Shown in pieces: positions 1 to 9,543 of a DNA stretch of 58,238 nt; the stretch's first letter is position 1; each line of letters begins with the position of its first letter. The DNA lies in contig JBCCXZ010000017.1 in the NCBI GenBank assembly GCA_039190745.1, forward strand, positions 1 to 58,238, given 5' to 3'. The notes beneath the pieces are model-generated. The model saw nothing but the letters and a program-made list of their open reading frames with translations, ran no database searches and was not told where the DNA came from. The stretch is from Planctomycetota bacterium (GTDB taxonomy: Bacteria; Planctomycetota; Planctomycetia; Pirellulales; Lacipirellulaceae). A program made the translations under genes and the position numbers.

Positions 1-136
1 GAACCGCGTCCGCAAGAAGAAGCCAGGACGGGCGGAAGCCCCGACGCTACCGCAGGCGATGGAAGATCGAACGCGCGGTCAGCTGGTCGCAGAACTTCCG
101 CAGCCTGATTGTTCGGCATGAGTTCTACTCCTACCT
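1..136 (+). pseudogene. IS5-family transposase C-terminal fragment, frameshifted and truncated
   Basis: Manual translation: NRVRKKK (frame from nt 2), a +1 shift at nt 23, then [33 protein letters not shown]. This matches the IS5-family 'YRxRWxIER..W...RRL..RYE' C-terminus. It is cut off by the inverted repeat at 137. Confidence 0.75.
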
Positions 137-214
137 CGAACTGCCCCCTTCAAGTGACGCCCATACTTCCGATCATTCGATCAGGATCTGGACTCGCTTG
201 AAGGGGGCAGGTCA
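137..214. mobile_element. 78-bp IS3-like inverted-repeat remnant (MITE or internally deleted IS)
   Basis: The left end CGAACTGCCCCCTTCAAGTGA (137-157) matches the reverse complement of the right end, TGACCTGCCCCCTTCAAGCGA (194-214), at 18/21. A TGACCTGCCCC start resembles IS3-family termini. Confidence 0.65.
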
Positions 215-1098
215 ACACAGCGAAAGGTAACGCTCCGGTGACGGGAACGTTTCTTCTCACGGAGCTTGACGAGCCCCGCCTGGAAATCGAAGTCATCCAG
301 CCTGGATCGGACGATCTCACTTCGTCGGGCTCCTGTGTGAGCCGCCAACAGAACCATCGGCAGCACGAACCGTTGGGCCTGGCCGTAACCAAGGTACTCG
401 ATGAGTTCGTCGATCTCCTCCTTCCTGAGGAAGAGCGAATCCCACAGCTCAGCCTCTTCGGCAGCGTCGATACCGCCACGACGTAAGACTCGTGTGATCT
501 CGTCCCAAGTCATGAACGGGAGCTTCTCGCTACGCTTCGGGAAGACGAGCCCACGCGACGGGAAGGCCTTCTCAAGATGGCCGAGGTCGGCTGCCCAGTT
601 CCACACGACGCGGAGCATGGCGATCTCCTTTTTGACGGTGTCTCCGCTGATCGGCTTGCCGTGGCGAGTTTCTAGTAGCCGCTTGTTGACGTAGGCCTGC
701 AGGTCGCTTAGCCCGAGCGAGACGGCCGGCCGCTGGTCCTTCATCAGCCTCTTCAGGTGCTGCATGTGAATCGCTTCTGTGTAGAGAGTCGACTCCTCCT
801 TCGCTCCGACCGGGAGGCTGTCGTGGTAGCTATCGAGGAGTTCCCCGAGCGAGACCAGCTGCTCCGGTTCCGCCTGGGTGACCCTGCCGTCAGAGAGCAG
901 GAAGGCGACCGGGTCGGCGTCTGGCGGGATGATCAATCTCCCCTGCTCGACGAGCCGCTGGGTTTCCTCCATGCGGAGCTGAAGGGTAAGGGCCTCACGG
1001 TAGTCCTGGGTCTTCAAGAATCGCTTGAACTCGCGGCCCGCGTAACGGAACCGCAAGTGGTAACGTTTCGATTTCGGGTCTTGCTCAAGGCTCGGCAC
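181..1098 (-). pseudogene. Tyrosine recombinase/integrase, C-terminally truncated
   Basis: GTG start at 1098 behind a GGAGGA RBS. N-terminal arm-binding-like region (YHLRFRYAGREFKR). Box I HTGARRSE and the catalytic K region are present, but the ORF runs into the IS3-like repeat (RCVDLPPSS) and stops before HxxR and the catalytic Tyr. Confidence 0.85.
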
Positions 1099-1198
1099 GG
1101 CGGGTCTCCTCCGGCGAGAAGGAGCTCCCGCCACAGTCCCATCGTTGGCCAGGGGCGCCCGAGCGGCCAGCAACGCGAAGACCCTGCGTTTGCCGTGT

Positions 1199-1219
1199 CG
1201 TGTCAGATCCGTGTCAGAT
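1199..1219. repeat. Tandem CGTGTCAGAT x2, putative integrase arm-type sites
   Basis: Exact 10-bp direct repeat with an 11-bp period, lying between the tRNA 3' end and the integrase start. Confidence 0.45.
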
Positions 1220-1280
1220 AGCGTTCTGCGGGTCGGGCGAAGACGGGCCAACCGTTGCCACAACTTGTTGCTGCGGAACC

Positions 1281-1301
1281 GCTTCGGCGGAGAGCCGAAG
1301 C
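1281..1301 (-). terminator. Hairpin just downstream of tRNA-Lys
   Basis: GCTTCGGC-GGAGA-GCCGAAGC forms a perfect 8-bp stem; no clear U-tract. Confidence 0.4.
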
Positions 1302-1312
1302 CAGAGAAGAAG

Positions 1313-1385
<73 letters not shown>

Positions 1386-1475
1386 CGGCGCAGAAGTATT
1401 GTAGCAGAACCGACGCCCCGCCCTCCAGGCCTGCCAAACTCGGCGTCTGCGGCACGGACTCAGCTCAATCTGCTC

Positions 1476-2222
1476 TCAGCGGTACGCCGGGTTGGTGAAG
1501 TCCGACCGGCAGCCGGCGTCCCAAGCCGCACGTTGGTTGCCGTGGGCAGGAATCCCGCCGGCGTCTTTGATCATCCGCGCCATGTGCAGCAGGTTCCACG
1601 TCATGAACGTGGTGTTGCGGTTCGTGAAGTCGTTCTCCGGACCGCCCGAACCGGGATCGAGATACGAAGGCCCCGGGCCGGCCTCGCCCAGCCAGTCGGC
1701 GTCCGCCTGCGGCGGGATCACATAGCCCAGGTGCTGCAGCGAGTACAGCACGTTCATCGCGCAGTGCTTGGCGCCGTCCTCGTTGCCCGTCACCAGACAG
1801 CCGCCCGTCCGGCCGTAGTAGGCGTACTGGCCGTGCTCGTTCAGCAGGTGGCTCGTGGCGTACAGCCGCTCGATCACCTTGGTGCAGATCGACGTCTTCT
1901 CGCCGAGCCAAATCGAAGTCCCCAAGACCAAGATATCCGCGGCCATCACCTTCTCGGAAACCGCGGGCCACTCGTCGGCATCCCACCCGTGCTCGGTCAT
2001 GTCCGGCCAAACGCCGGCGGCAATGTCGTGATCGACAGGACGCAGGCATTCGACACTGACGCCGTTCTTCTCCATGATCGCCGTCGAGATATCGATCAAG
2101 CCCTGCGTGTGCGAGATCTCGGGTGACTTCTTCAGCGTGCAGTTCAGGAACAACGCCTTCAGGTCGGAGAAATCCCAGGTGCTCTGGCTGCACCATTGCT
2201 CTTGGAGCTCGTTGAGGGGCAT
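1476..2222 (-). CDS. Flavodoxin-family / NADPH-dependent FMN reductase-like protein
   Basis: LNCTLK..P..SHT, ADILVLGTSIWLG and LVTGNEDG motifs. Start re-assigned to the ATG at 2222 (MPLNELQ). Confidence 0.85.
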   Translation of the reverse strand: MPLNELQEQWCSQSTWDFSDLKALFLNCTLKKSPEISHTQGLIDISTAIMEKNGVSVECLRPVDHDIAAGVWPDMTEHGWDADEWPAVSEKVMAADILVLGTSIWLGEKTSICTKVIERLYATSHLLNEHGQYAYYGRTGGCLVTGNEDGAKHCAMNVLYSLQHLGYVIPPQADADWLGEAGPGPSYLDPGSGGPENDFTNRNTTFMTWNLLHMARMIKDAGGIPAHGNQRAAWDAGCRSDFTNPAYR

Positions 2223-2286
2223 CTGGAAGACCCTGGAGTGTGCTTGTGTTTTAAGGCAACACGGCTTCGGCCGACGCCGCAAGACT

Positions 2287-3561
2287 CTACCGGCAGAGTC
2301 GGATGCCGGCGAACTGCCAGCGCGTCTCGGCCGGGAAGAAGTTCCGGTATGTCGGTCGGATGTGCGTCGAGTGCGTCGCGCACGATCCGCCGCGGAGCAC
2401 ATACTGGTTGCACATAAACTTGCCGTTGTACTCACCCAAGGCGCCGGACGCGGGGCGGTAGCCCGGGTAAGGCGCGTACGGACTTGAAGTCCACTGCCAA
2501 GCGTCGCCCAAGAGGCTCTGCGAGCCAAGGCCGCCCGCGCCCGGGTGGACGGCGTAACCCGAGTCGACCAGCCGATCGACGAAGCCTGCACCGGCGTCCC
2601 CGGTCTCGACCGCGGCGGCTTCCCACTCGGCCTCGGTCGGCAGGCGGGCGTCCGCCCAACGGGCAAAGGCGTCCGCCTCGAAGTAGCTCACGTGGCACAC
2701 TGGCCGGTTCGGATCGACGTCCACGGCGCCGGCGAGGGTGTACTCCCGCCAGCGGCCGCCTTCCTCAAACCAATACAGGGGCGCCGCCCAATCGTCCGAG
2801 CCAATCTGGTTCCAACCCAGCGAGAGCCACAGCTCGGGACGACGGTAGCCGCCGTCTTCGACAAATGCCAAGTACTCGCCGCAGGTGACTAGTCGGTTGG
2901 CGATTTGAAACGATTCACAAAAAACCCGATGTCGGGGCGATTCGTTGTCGAAGGCGAATCCGTCTCCATCATGCCCGATCCACCGGATGCCCTCCTCTAA
3001 GGGCAGCCACTCCAGCGGGGCGGCGTCCGTCGTGCTCCCGAAGGCCCCGTCGGCGTAACTGGGACGCAGCGGATTGAAAGACAGACCGTGCTTCACGTCG
3101 GTCAGCATCAGTTCCTGGTGCTGTTGCTCGTGGTGCAGGCCGATCTCGACGATATCCGCCAACACCGGGTCGCAGCCGGCGCCATTCTCCAGTAGCTCGG
3201 CAACGGCCGCGTCCACGTGCCGGCGGTACGCCAGGACTTCTTCCAGCGACGGGCGCGACATTAGCCCACGCTTCGGCCGGGGGAACTGCTCGCCGACCGA
3301 GTTGTAGTACGAGTTGAACAGGTAGCGGAACGATACGTCGAATTCTTGGTAGGCGGGAAGCTTTTCGAGAACAAACGTCTCGAAGAACCAGGTTGTGTGC
3401 GCGAGGTGCCATTTCACGGGGCTCGCGTCTGGCATCGATTGCAGGCCGCAGTCCTCGGCGGAAAGAGGGGCGGCCAGTCGCTCAGAAAACCCGCGCACCT
3501 CGGCGAACCGGTCGGGCAGTGCTCCGCCTGGGGTCGCTATCGTCGTTTCTACCTGCGACAT
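2287..3561 (-). CDS. egtB: Ergothioneine biosynthesis sulfoxide synthase EgtB
   Basis: QSMPDASPVKWHLAHTTWFFE, FNSYY, the metal motif HEQQHQE, and an FGE-sulfatase C-domain (FDNESPRH, RLPTEAEWE, GEYNGKF, YRNFF...RWQF). Confidence 0.95.
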   Translation of the reverse strand: MSQVETTIATPGGALPDRFAEVRGFSERLAAPLSAEDCGLQSMPDASPVKWHLAHTTWFFETFVLEKLPAYQEFDVSFRYLFNSYYNSVGEQFPRPKRGLMSRPSLEEVLAYRRHVDAAVAELLENGAGCDPVLADIVEIGLHHEQQHQELMLTDVKHGLSFNPLRPSYADGAFGSTTDAAPLEWLPLEEGIRWIGHDGDGFAFDNESPRHRVFCESFQIANRLVTCGEYLAFVEDGGYRRPELWLSLGWNQIGSDDWAAPLYWFEEGGRWREYTLAGAVDVDPNRPVCHVSYFEADAFARWADARLPTEAEWEAAAVETGDAGAGFVDRLVDSGYAVHPGAGGLGSQSLLGDAWQWTSSPYAPYPGYRPASGALGEYNGKFMCNQYVLRGGSCATHSTHIRPTYRNFFPAETRWQFAGIRLCR

Positions 3562-3603
3562 ATCAAAGCACCTCGTACGGAACCCCTAACAGGCCCCGCG
3601 CTC

Positions 3604-3885
3604 TTACTCGACCGTAACGCCCTTCCAGAAGGCAACGTAGCCCCCGATGTTTGCGGCGGCCTCTTTCGGCTCGGAGTAATACCAGGCCGCTTGCTCGTTC
3701 ACTTTGCCCTCGACAACCACGTCGTAATACGAGGCCGTTCCCTTCCAGCCGCACACGCTGGTATGCGCGCTCTCGCGGAAGCATTCTTTACGAAGAGAGT
3801 CGGGCGGGAAGTAGTGATTCCCCTCGACCACCTCGGTCTGGTCGCTCTCGGCCAGCACGGCCCCGTTCCAAACGGCTTTCGGCAT
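3604..3885 (-). CDS. DUF427 domain protein
   Basis: AVWNGAVLAES, VEGNHYFPP, CGWKGTASYY, AWYY, YVAFWKG. Confidence 0.9.
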   Translation of the reverse strand: MPKAVWNGAVLAESDQTEVVEGNHYFPPDSLRKECFRESAHTSVCGWKGTASYYDVVVEGKVNEQAAWYYSEPKEAAANIGGYVAFWKGVTVE

Positions 3886-3934
3886 AGCAGGACTCAGCTC
3901 CTTCTTACTCGGTCAACGATTTCTAATCCGGGCA

Positions 3935-5464
3935 TCACGCCCCGCTGCTGGCTGGTAGCCGCAATCCTCGGGGCACGAAAAACCGCTCGCTCCAGTCGAA
4001 GCCCCACTGCACGAGCAGGGCCAGCACCGCGGCGGGCACCGCGCCTTCTAGGATCAAGCCGGTATCATTCAGCCGGATCCCGGTGAGGATCGGCTGCCCA
4101 AAGCCGCCGGCGCCAATCAACGCCCCCAGTGTAGCAAACCCGACATTGATCACCGCCGCGGTCTTGATGCCCGCCAGGATCGACCGCGACGCCAGGGGCA
4201 GTTCCACGCGCAGCAGGCGGAACAGAGGCGGCAGCCCCAAGGCGGCCGCGGTCTCGCGGTGCTCCGCCGCGATGCCGACCAACCCCGCGTGCGTGTTCCG
4301 CACGATCGGGAGCAGGCTGTAGAGCAGCAAAGCAAGCACGGCCGTTGTCGAACCAAGGCCGACGCTCCGCAGATCAAGCCACGCCACCACGGGCATGAGC
4401 ACTACCAACAACGCCAGCGACGGGATCGTCTGCACGACGCCGACCGCAGCGAGCACTGCTTGGCCGATCCCTGGCAGCTTCGCCGCGAGCACCCCGAGCG
4501 GCAGCCCCAGCAGGATCGCGGGGATCAACGACTTGCGGACCAAGTCGAGGTGCTCGAGTGTGCGAGACACCAACCGGTCCCGCAGCGTCTCTTCCGCCAC
4601 CGAACGCGAGAGCCCCAACTCCTCGGCCAGGTATTCCGCCGCGACAATCGATTCCCCGGCGTCCGAGTTCTCGACCCGGCCGTTGCAACGCATCATCTCC
4701 TCGGCCGAAACCGTCCCCTCCAACCGCCTCACCGAATCAACGACGCTCGGAAAACGCTCCGCCAAATCACTGCGGTAGAGCACGACCGACTGGTACTCGG
4801 GGAAGTATCCTCGGTCGTCTTCGAGCAGCTTGAGGCCGTACTCTGCGATCTTCGCGTCGGTGGCGTACGCCTCGATCGCGGCGATCGCCCCAAGCTTCAG
4901 CTGCCGGTAGGAGAGGTCGTGATCCATGCCGGTCACGTCGCGTTGGGGCAATCCATAGTGCTCTCGGAGGTTCCGCCAGCCGTCTTCGCGGTCGAGGAAC
5001 TCGTTGCTGAAGCCCAGCCGCAAATCGGGGTGACGCGTCAGGTCGGACACCCGCTCTACCCCAAGCGCTTCCGCACGCTCGCGCAGCATGCCCAGTACGT
5101 AGGTATTGTTGAACCCGAGCGGCTCGCTCATCAGCACGCCCCGTTTCAGGAGGGCGGAGCGCATCTGTTCGAGCGATTCGGCCGGCTCTCCGCTGAGGAT
5201 CTCCTCGCGGATGGTCCCGGTGTACTCGGGGTACAGGTCGATGTCTCCGGAGATCAGGGCCTCGAAGACAAGCTTCGTGCCACCCAACTCGCGGTAGTGC
5301 GTGGCCCGCGGGCCCGCCTCCTCGGCCAGCAGCGTGAGCATCTCACCGAGGATGACCGACTCGGTGAACTTCTTCGAGCCGACCCGCACTCCGCCGTCCT
5401 CCGCAGAAAGCGGCACAAAGGCGGCCACGAGCAGCAACAAGACAATAAGCACGCCGCGTTTCAC
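3935..5464 (-). CDS. Quaternary-amine (Opu/EgtU-like) ABC transporter, fused substrate-binding and permease protein
   Basis: Signal peptide; binding-domain motifs GSKKFTES, YPEYTGT, GFNNTY, FPEY; C-terminal permease with QTIPSLAL and an EAA-like loop. Confidence 0.9.
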   Translation of the reverse strand: MKRGVLIVLLLLVAAFVPLSAEDGGVRVGSKKFTESVILGEMLTLLAEEAGPRATHYRELGGTKLVFEALISGDIDLYPEYTGTIREEILSGEPAESLEQMRSALLKRGVLMSEPLGFNNTYVLGMLRERAEALGVERVSDLTRHPDLRLGFSNEFLDREDGWRNLREHYGLPQRDVTGMDHDLSYRQLKLGAIAAIEAYATDAKIAEYGLKLLEDDRGYFPEYQSVVLYRSDLAERFPSVVDSVRRLEGTVSAEEMMRCNGRVENSDAGESIVAAEYLAEELGLSRSVAEETLRDRLVSRTLEHLDLVRKSLIPAILLGLPLGVLAAKLPGIGQAVLAAVGVVQTIPSLALLVVLMPVVAWLDLRSVGLGSTTAVLALLLYSLLPIVRNTHAGLVGIAAEHRETAAALGLPPLFRLLRVELPLASRSILAGIKTAAVINVGFATLGALIGAGGFGQPILTGIRLNDTGLILEGAVPAAVLALLVQWGFDWSERFFVPRGLRLPASSGA

Positions 5465-6210
5465 GCCCGATCCTCCCGCAACGTCGAGCGTTGGGCGTTG
5501 ACGAACTTCGAGACAAACGGGTCGGCCGGCCGATCGATCAGGTCATCGATCGAGCCCCGCTGGAGCACGCGGCCCTCGTTCAAGAGCAGGATTTCGTCGG
5601 CAAAGTACGCCGCCTCGTGCAGGTCGTGCGTCACCATGACGACGGTCTTGCCGAGCCGGCGGAAGATCTCGCGGAGGTCCGACTGCAACTCACTTCGGAT
5701 AATCGGGTCGAGCGCCCCCAGCGGTTCGTCCAGCAGCAGCAGCGTCGGGGCCAGCACCAGTGAACGCATCAGGCCCACCCTCTGCCGCTGCCCGCCGGAG
5801 AGCTGCGCCGGGAACCTGTCGAGCTGTGATGCGTCCAGCCGTGTGAGCTCGGCCAACTCGGCGACCCGGCTGTTTAGCTTCTGCGGGTCCCAGCGCAAAT
5901 AGCTTGCGACAAGCCCGATGTTCTGCCGCGCCGTCAGGTGCGGGAAGAGCCCGCCCTCCTGGATCACGTAACCGACGCGTTGCCTGAGCTTCTCGGACGA
6001 CCGCTGCGTGAGGCCCTCGCCGTCGATGCGGACCTCGCCCGCGTCGAGCTCGACAAGCCCGATCGATGCTTTTAGCAGCGTGCTCTTGCCGCACCCGCTG
6101 GCGCCGACCAGGACGTAGGTCTTACCGGCGTCGAGGTTCAGGTCGACGCTGTCTAACGCCGCGGTGTCGCCGTAACGTTTGCAGACGTTGTGCAGTTCAA
6201 GCGTGGCCAT
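5461..6210 (-). CDS. ABC transporter ATP-binding subunit (OpuA/EgtV-like)
   Basis: Walker A GASGCGKS, GYVIQEGGLFPH, LSGGQ, LLLDEP, VTHD. Overlaps the permease gene by 4 bp. Confidence 0.93.
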   Translation of the reverse strand: MATLELHNVCKRYGDTAALDSVDLNLDAGKTYVLVGASGCGKSTLLKASIGLVELDAGEVRIDGEGLTQRSSEKLRQRVGYVIQEGGLFPHLTARQNIGLVASYLRWDPQKLNSRVAELAELTRLDASQLDRFPAQLSGGQRQRVGLMRSLVLAPTLLLLDEPLGALDPIIRSELQSDLREIFRRLGKTVVMVTHDLHEAAYFADEILLLNEGRVLQRGSIDDLIDRPADPFVSKFVNAQRSTLREDRA

Positions 6211-6274
6211 CGGCGTAAGACCCCGCGGCGGGCGGGGATTGAATTGCTGCCCGCCGTGCTAGTCGACGATCGCA

Positions 6275-7246
6275 CTAGTCGAGGATCGCAAAGTGCATCA
6301 CCGCAAAGCGGTTGAGGCTGTCGCTCCAGTGACGGCGGAGCGTCAGGCCCGCGGCCGCCGCGAGCTCTGCAAAGCCCTCGACAGTATACTTGTGCGAGTT
6401 CTCGGTGTGGATCGATTCGCCAGCTAGAAATTCGAACTCCCGATCGCCGACGGTCACGGTCTGGTCGCACCGGCTCACCAGGTGGATCTCGATCCGGTTG
6501 AGCTCCGAGTTGTACTCGGCCCGGTGCTCAAAACGATCGACCACGATATCAGCGCCCAGCTCGCGGTTGATCCGGGTCAGCAGGTTCAGGTTGAACGCCG
6601 CGGTCACGCCCTCGGAGTCGTTGTAGGCAGACTCCAGCGTCGCGGTGTCTTTCTGAAGGTCCACGCCCAGGAGCAGCCCGCCGCCGCAGCCGCACAGACG
6701 CACGATCCGCTCCAGCATCGCCTGGGCCTCGTCCGGCCGGAAGTTGCCGATCGTCGAGCCCGGGAAGTAAACCGCGTTGTGCGTCGCCACGTCTTCCGAG
6801 ACGGGCAGCTCAAACTCTTCGGTGAAGTCGGCGCACACCGGCAGCACTTCAACCTCGGGGTAGAGCCGTGAGAGGTTCGCCGCCGACTGCTCTAGGTGCT
6901 CTCGGGAGATGTCGACCGGCACGTAGGCGACCGGCTCGTGCAGGTGGTCGAGCAGGATGCGCGTCTTCACGCTGCTGCCGCTGCCGTACTCGACCAGCAT
7001 CACACGCGGGCCGATCTGCTCAGCCATCTCGCCGGCGTACTCCCGCATGATCGAGAGCTCGGTCCGCGTGACGTAGTACTCCTCGAGCTCGCAGATCTGG
7101 TCGAAAAGCTGCGACCCCCGCGCGTCGTAGAAATACTTGCAAGGGAGTGACTTCTGCTCCTGCTCAAGACCCTCGACCACCTCGTCGTAAAAGGTCTCCA
7201 GGGCCGGCTCAAAGTCGAGCAGGCCCGCTTGGTTCTCTGGTTGCAT
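6275..7246 (-). CDS. egtD: L-histidine N-alpha-methyltransferase EgtD
   Basis: KSLPCKYFYDARGSQLFDQIC, EYYVTRTE, EYGSGS, FPGSTIGNF, AYND..GVTAAFNLN, IHTENSHKY. Start re-assigned to the ATG at 7246. Confidence 0.95.
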   Translation of the reverse strand: MQPENQAGLLDFEPALETFYDEVVEGLEQEQKSLPCKYFYDARGSQLFDQICELEEYYVTRTELSIMREYAGEMAEQIGPRVMLVEYGSGSSVKTRILLDHLHEPVAYVPVDISREHLEQSAANLSRLYPEVEVLPVCADFTEEFELPVSEDVATHNAVYFPGSTIGNFRPDEAQAMLERIVRLCGCGGGLLLGVDLQKDTATLESAYNDSEGVTAAFNLNLLTRINRELGADIVVDRFEHRAEYNSELNRIEIHLVSRCDQTVTVGDREFEFLAGESIHTENSHKYTVEGFAELAAAAGLTLRRHWSDSLNRFAVMHFAILD

Positions 7247-7571
7247 CTCGATTCCTATTGCACTCGTGCGGCGGTTGGTTTGTCCTGTCGCGCAGTCAAC
7301 CAGCCGCCCCAGAAACTGGCGCGAGAACGCGCGCAGAGACAAGCAACCAGCCGTAAAAGAGTCAGCCATCTTACCGCGCGAGCGAAACGAATGAACCCCT
7401 CGCACTGGCAACACATGCACGCCTAGAACAGCGCTGCAGAGTGGAAAACTGTCCCTGGTTGTGGCTCTCCGAATCGCTTTCACGCGACTCCGCACGCAGC
7501 GTTCACTCAATCGGAGCAGCCCGCAATGCGAGCACGGCTAGAGGTGGTCGCCGGGATCGACGCCAGAAATC

Positions 7572-9371
7572 TCAAGGCTCGATCGGCTCGATCGGTTCCG
7601 GGAGAAGCAGCCCCCCAGGCAAGGCGTCTCCTTGGCCGCCATCCTCGTCTTCCTCTTCGCTCGCGTCGTTGCGGAGGAAGTCGGGCTCTTGGCTGTCGGT
7701 CAGGCCCAAGGCGGCGGTGTAATCGGCTAGCGCAACAAAGTAGTCGAGCTGGGCACGAACGACTTCCACGGCGGCGTCGGCCACTTGCTTCTCGCGGATG
7801 TTCAGGTTGAAAAGCGTGCTCTGGCCTTCCTCGTACAGCCTGCGTTCGGCCCGCACCATCTGGATCGCCAGCTCGCGCCCTTCGGTGGTCTGCTCGACGC
7901 GGGCCGCCGCCGCGGTCAGCGCCGCTCGGGCGATGCGCACTTCCGCCCCGATCTTGTCGGCCACGAACTGCGTCTTCGCGCGGAGCTTGGCGAGCTTGCC
8001 ACGCAGCTGACGCACCTTGCCGAGCGCCTTCCGACGTTCCAGCGGCACCTCGATCGTCAGGATCGCCTCCAGCTCAAAGTCCGACTTGTCGTCCGACGAG
8101 GTCGGGTTGCCGACGTCCTGGCCGAAGAAGAACCCGCCGTCGACGTCCGGCAAGGTTTCGTTCCGCGCCTGCCTCAAGGCGACCGACAACTGCCGGCGCA
8201 CGACGGTCAACTCGGAGAGCTCCGGTCGGTTTTGCTGGGCAAACTCGACGTCGTAGGCCGCGGCCTCGGAGTCGAGTTGCGTGATCTCAGGGAAGTCCCG
8301 TACGGAAAGTGCGTTGGGCACCACCACCGGTTCGCCGTTGTCGGTCCGGAAGAACAGAGACATCTTCACCGCCGTCTGCTCCACCTTCCGCTGGGCGTCC
8401 AGAAGCTTAGCCTGCCGGTCGACGATGATGCGGCGGTTGTCGACGAGGTCGATCGGGGCTTTTTCGCCCAAGTCGACCTGACGTTGCAGGAACCGTTGGC
8501 GGTCGACGCCGAGCTCAAGCACCTGCTCGGCAATGAACTGATTCGCCCCGGCAGCGACCCAATCCCAGTACGCCGCCGCGCCGTCTCGCACCGACAAGAT
8601 CACCAACGCCTGGATCTCCGGCTCGACCCGATTCTGCTCGAGCTGCGCCCGCCACAGCTCGGCGCGGTACTCGTCGATGCGTCGGTCGCGGATGATCGGC
8701 GCCATGATCGAGAGGCCGAACTCGCCGCCGTCGTTGGTTTCGCGTTCTTTGTACCAGGGCTCAAACGAGCCGCGGCCTACCTTGTAGCCCGCGCCGAGTT
8801 CGCCACCCCACAACGTGTTCCGCTTCACCTTGGCGGTGTGCCAAGTGTTTTCATAAAAATCCAAGGGCTGGGCATTGCTGTATGTTTCGAGCTTGTGGTC
8901 GAAGGCCCCACGCGCCGACAACGCCTCACCCGAAGCAACCACACGCCCGGCCATCGCCTCGCGGATCGCCGGAAAATGAATCTGGACCGACTCGATCACC
9001 TGGGGCAACGTCGGAGCGACAACGCCGTTTAGCGACGGGGCAGGCGTGTCTACCAACTCGCCTTCTTTGCCCGCTTCAACCTCTTCCGGCCCGGCAGGGC
9101 CTTGCGAAAGAAAGGGGTTCTCCAAACCGCTCTGGCTCGTGCCTCCTTTTGCGGAGTCGTCCGCGGAACCGTCCGATGGTGCGACGGCCGGATCAGTGAG
9201 CTCAGACGCGTGCGAAGCCGGTTGGACCTCTGGGGCGGGCTTTGGCTTCGACTCCGACGCGGGGGCGGGCGCCTGCGTCCGGCACAAGTCGGACATGCCA
9301 GTCGACCTGCAGCCCACAACCATGAGCGCAAGCACTGCAACCAGCCGGACAGTTCCCCCCGAGAATCCCAC
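7572..9371 (-). CDS. TolC-family outer membrane efflux protein (lipoprotein-like N-terminus)
   Basis: VVGC lipobox-like sequence, GAFD, RPEL, LP.VD, ERRLYEEGQSTLF..N.RE motifs; lies downstream of HlyD and ABC genes. Confidence 0.85.
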   Translation of the reverse strand: MGFSGGTVRLVAVLALMVVGCRSTGMSDLCRTQAPAPASESKPKPAPEVQPASHASELTDPAVAPSDGSADDSAKGGTSQSGLENPFLSQGPAGPEEVEAGKEGELVDTPAPSLNGVVAPTLPQVIESVQIHFPAIREAMAGRVVASGEALSARGAFDHKLETYSNAQPLDFYENTWHTAKVKRNTLWGGELGAGYKVGRGSFEPWYKERETNDGGEFGLSIMAPIIRDRRIDEYRAELWRAQLEQNRVEPEIQALVILSVRDGAAAYWDWVAAGANQFIAEQVLELGVDRQRFLQRQVDLGEKAPIDLVDNRRIIVDRQAKLLDAQRKVEQTAVKMSLFFRTDNGEPVVVPNALSVRDFPEITQLDSEAAAYDVEFAQQNRPELSELTVVRRQLSVALRQARNETLPDVDGGFFFGQDVGNPTSSDDKSDFELEAILTIEVPLERRKALGKVRQLRGKLAKLRAKTQFVADKIGAEVRIARAALTAAAARVEQTTEGRELAIQMVRAERRLYEEGQSTLFNLNIREKQVADAAVEVVRAQLDYFVALADYTAALGLTDSQEPDFLRNDASEEEDEDGGQGDALPGGLLLPEPIEPIEP

Positions 9372-9543
9372 CTTGACGACCCGTGCTAGCAGCGAGCGAG
9401 AGCGGACCGTGCAACCGGAGCAGTCCGTACATCTGCCACTATCGGCAGATCAGCGCGCGGGGCCGCAGTCGCGCCAGCAGGATTCGGCAAGAAGCTGTTC
9501 CGCGGAGCTACGCACCAAGGGGCGAAGGCTCCGTTAGGAACGC

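Noticed and set aside
2223..2666. N-terminal extensions given by the ORF track (flavodoxin; likewise integrase, egtD, nhaR, lpxI, DUF481, YpfJ-like)
   Set aside because: They overlap neighbouring genes or intergenic signals; downstream starts fit family N-termini and, in several cases, RBS positions better.
2287..3561. Selenoneine synthase (SenA) or ovothiol synthase (OvoA) instead of EgtB
   Set aside because: No senB or selD/senC neighbours and no C-terminal methyltransferase domain.
4259..5902. Long antisense or alternate-frame ORFs (also 7785-9032, 14365-15573, 20220-21380, 22756-24156, 27759-28967, 37756-39003, 44647-46227, 57433-58083)
   Set aside because: Shadow ORFs of well-supported genes in high-GC DNA; no recognisable motifs.
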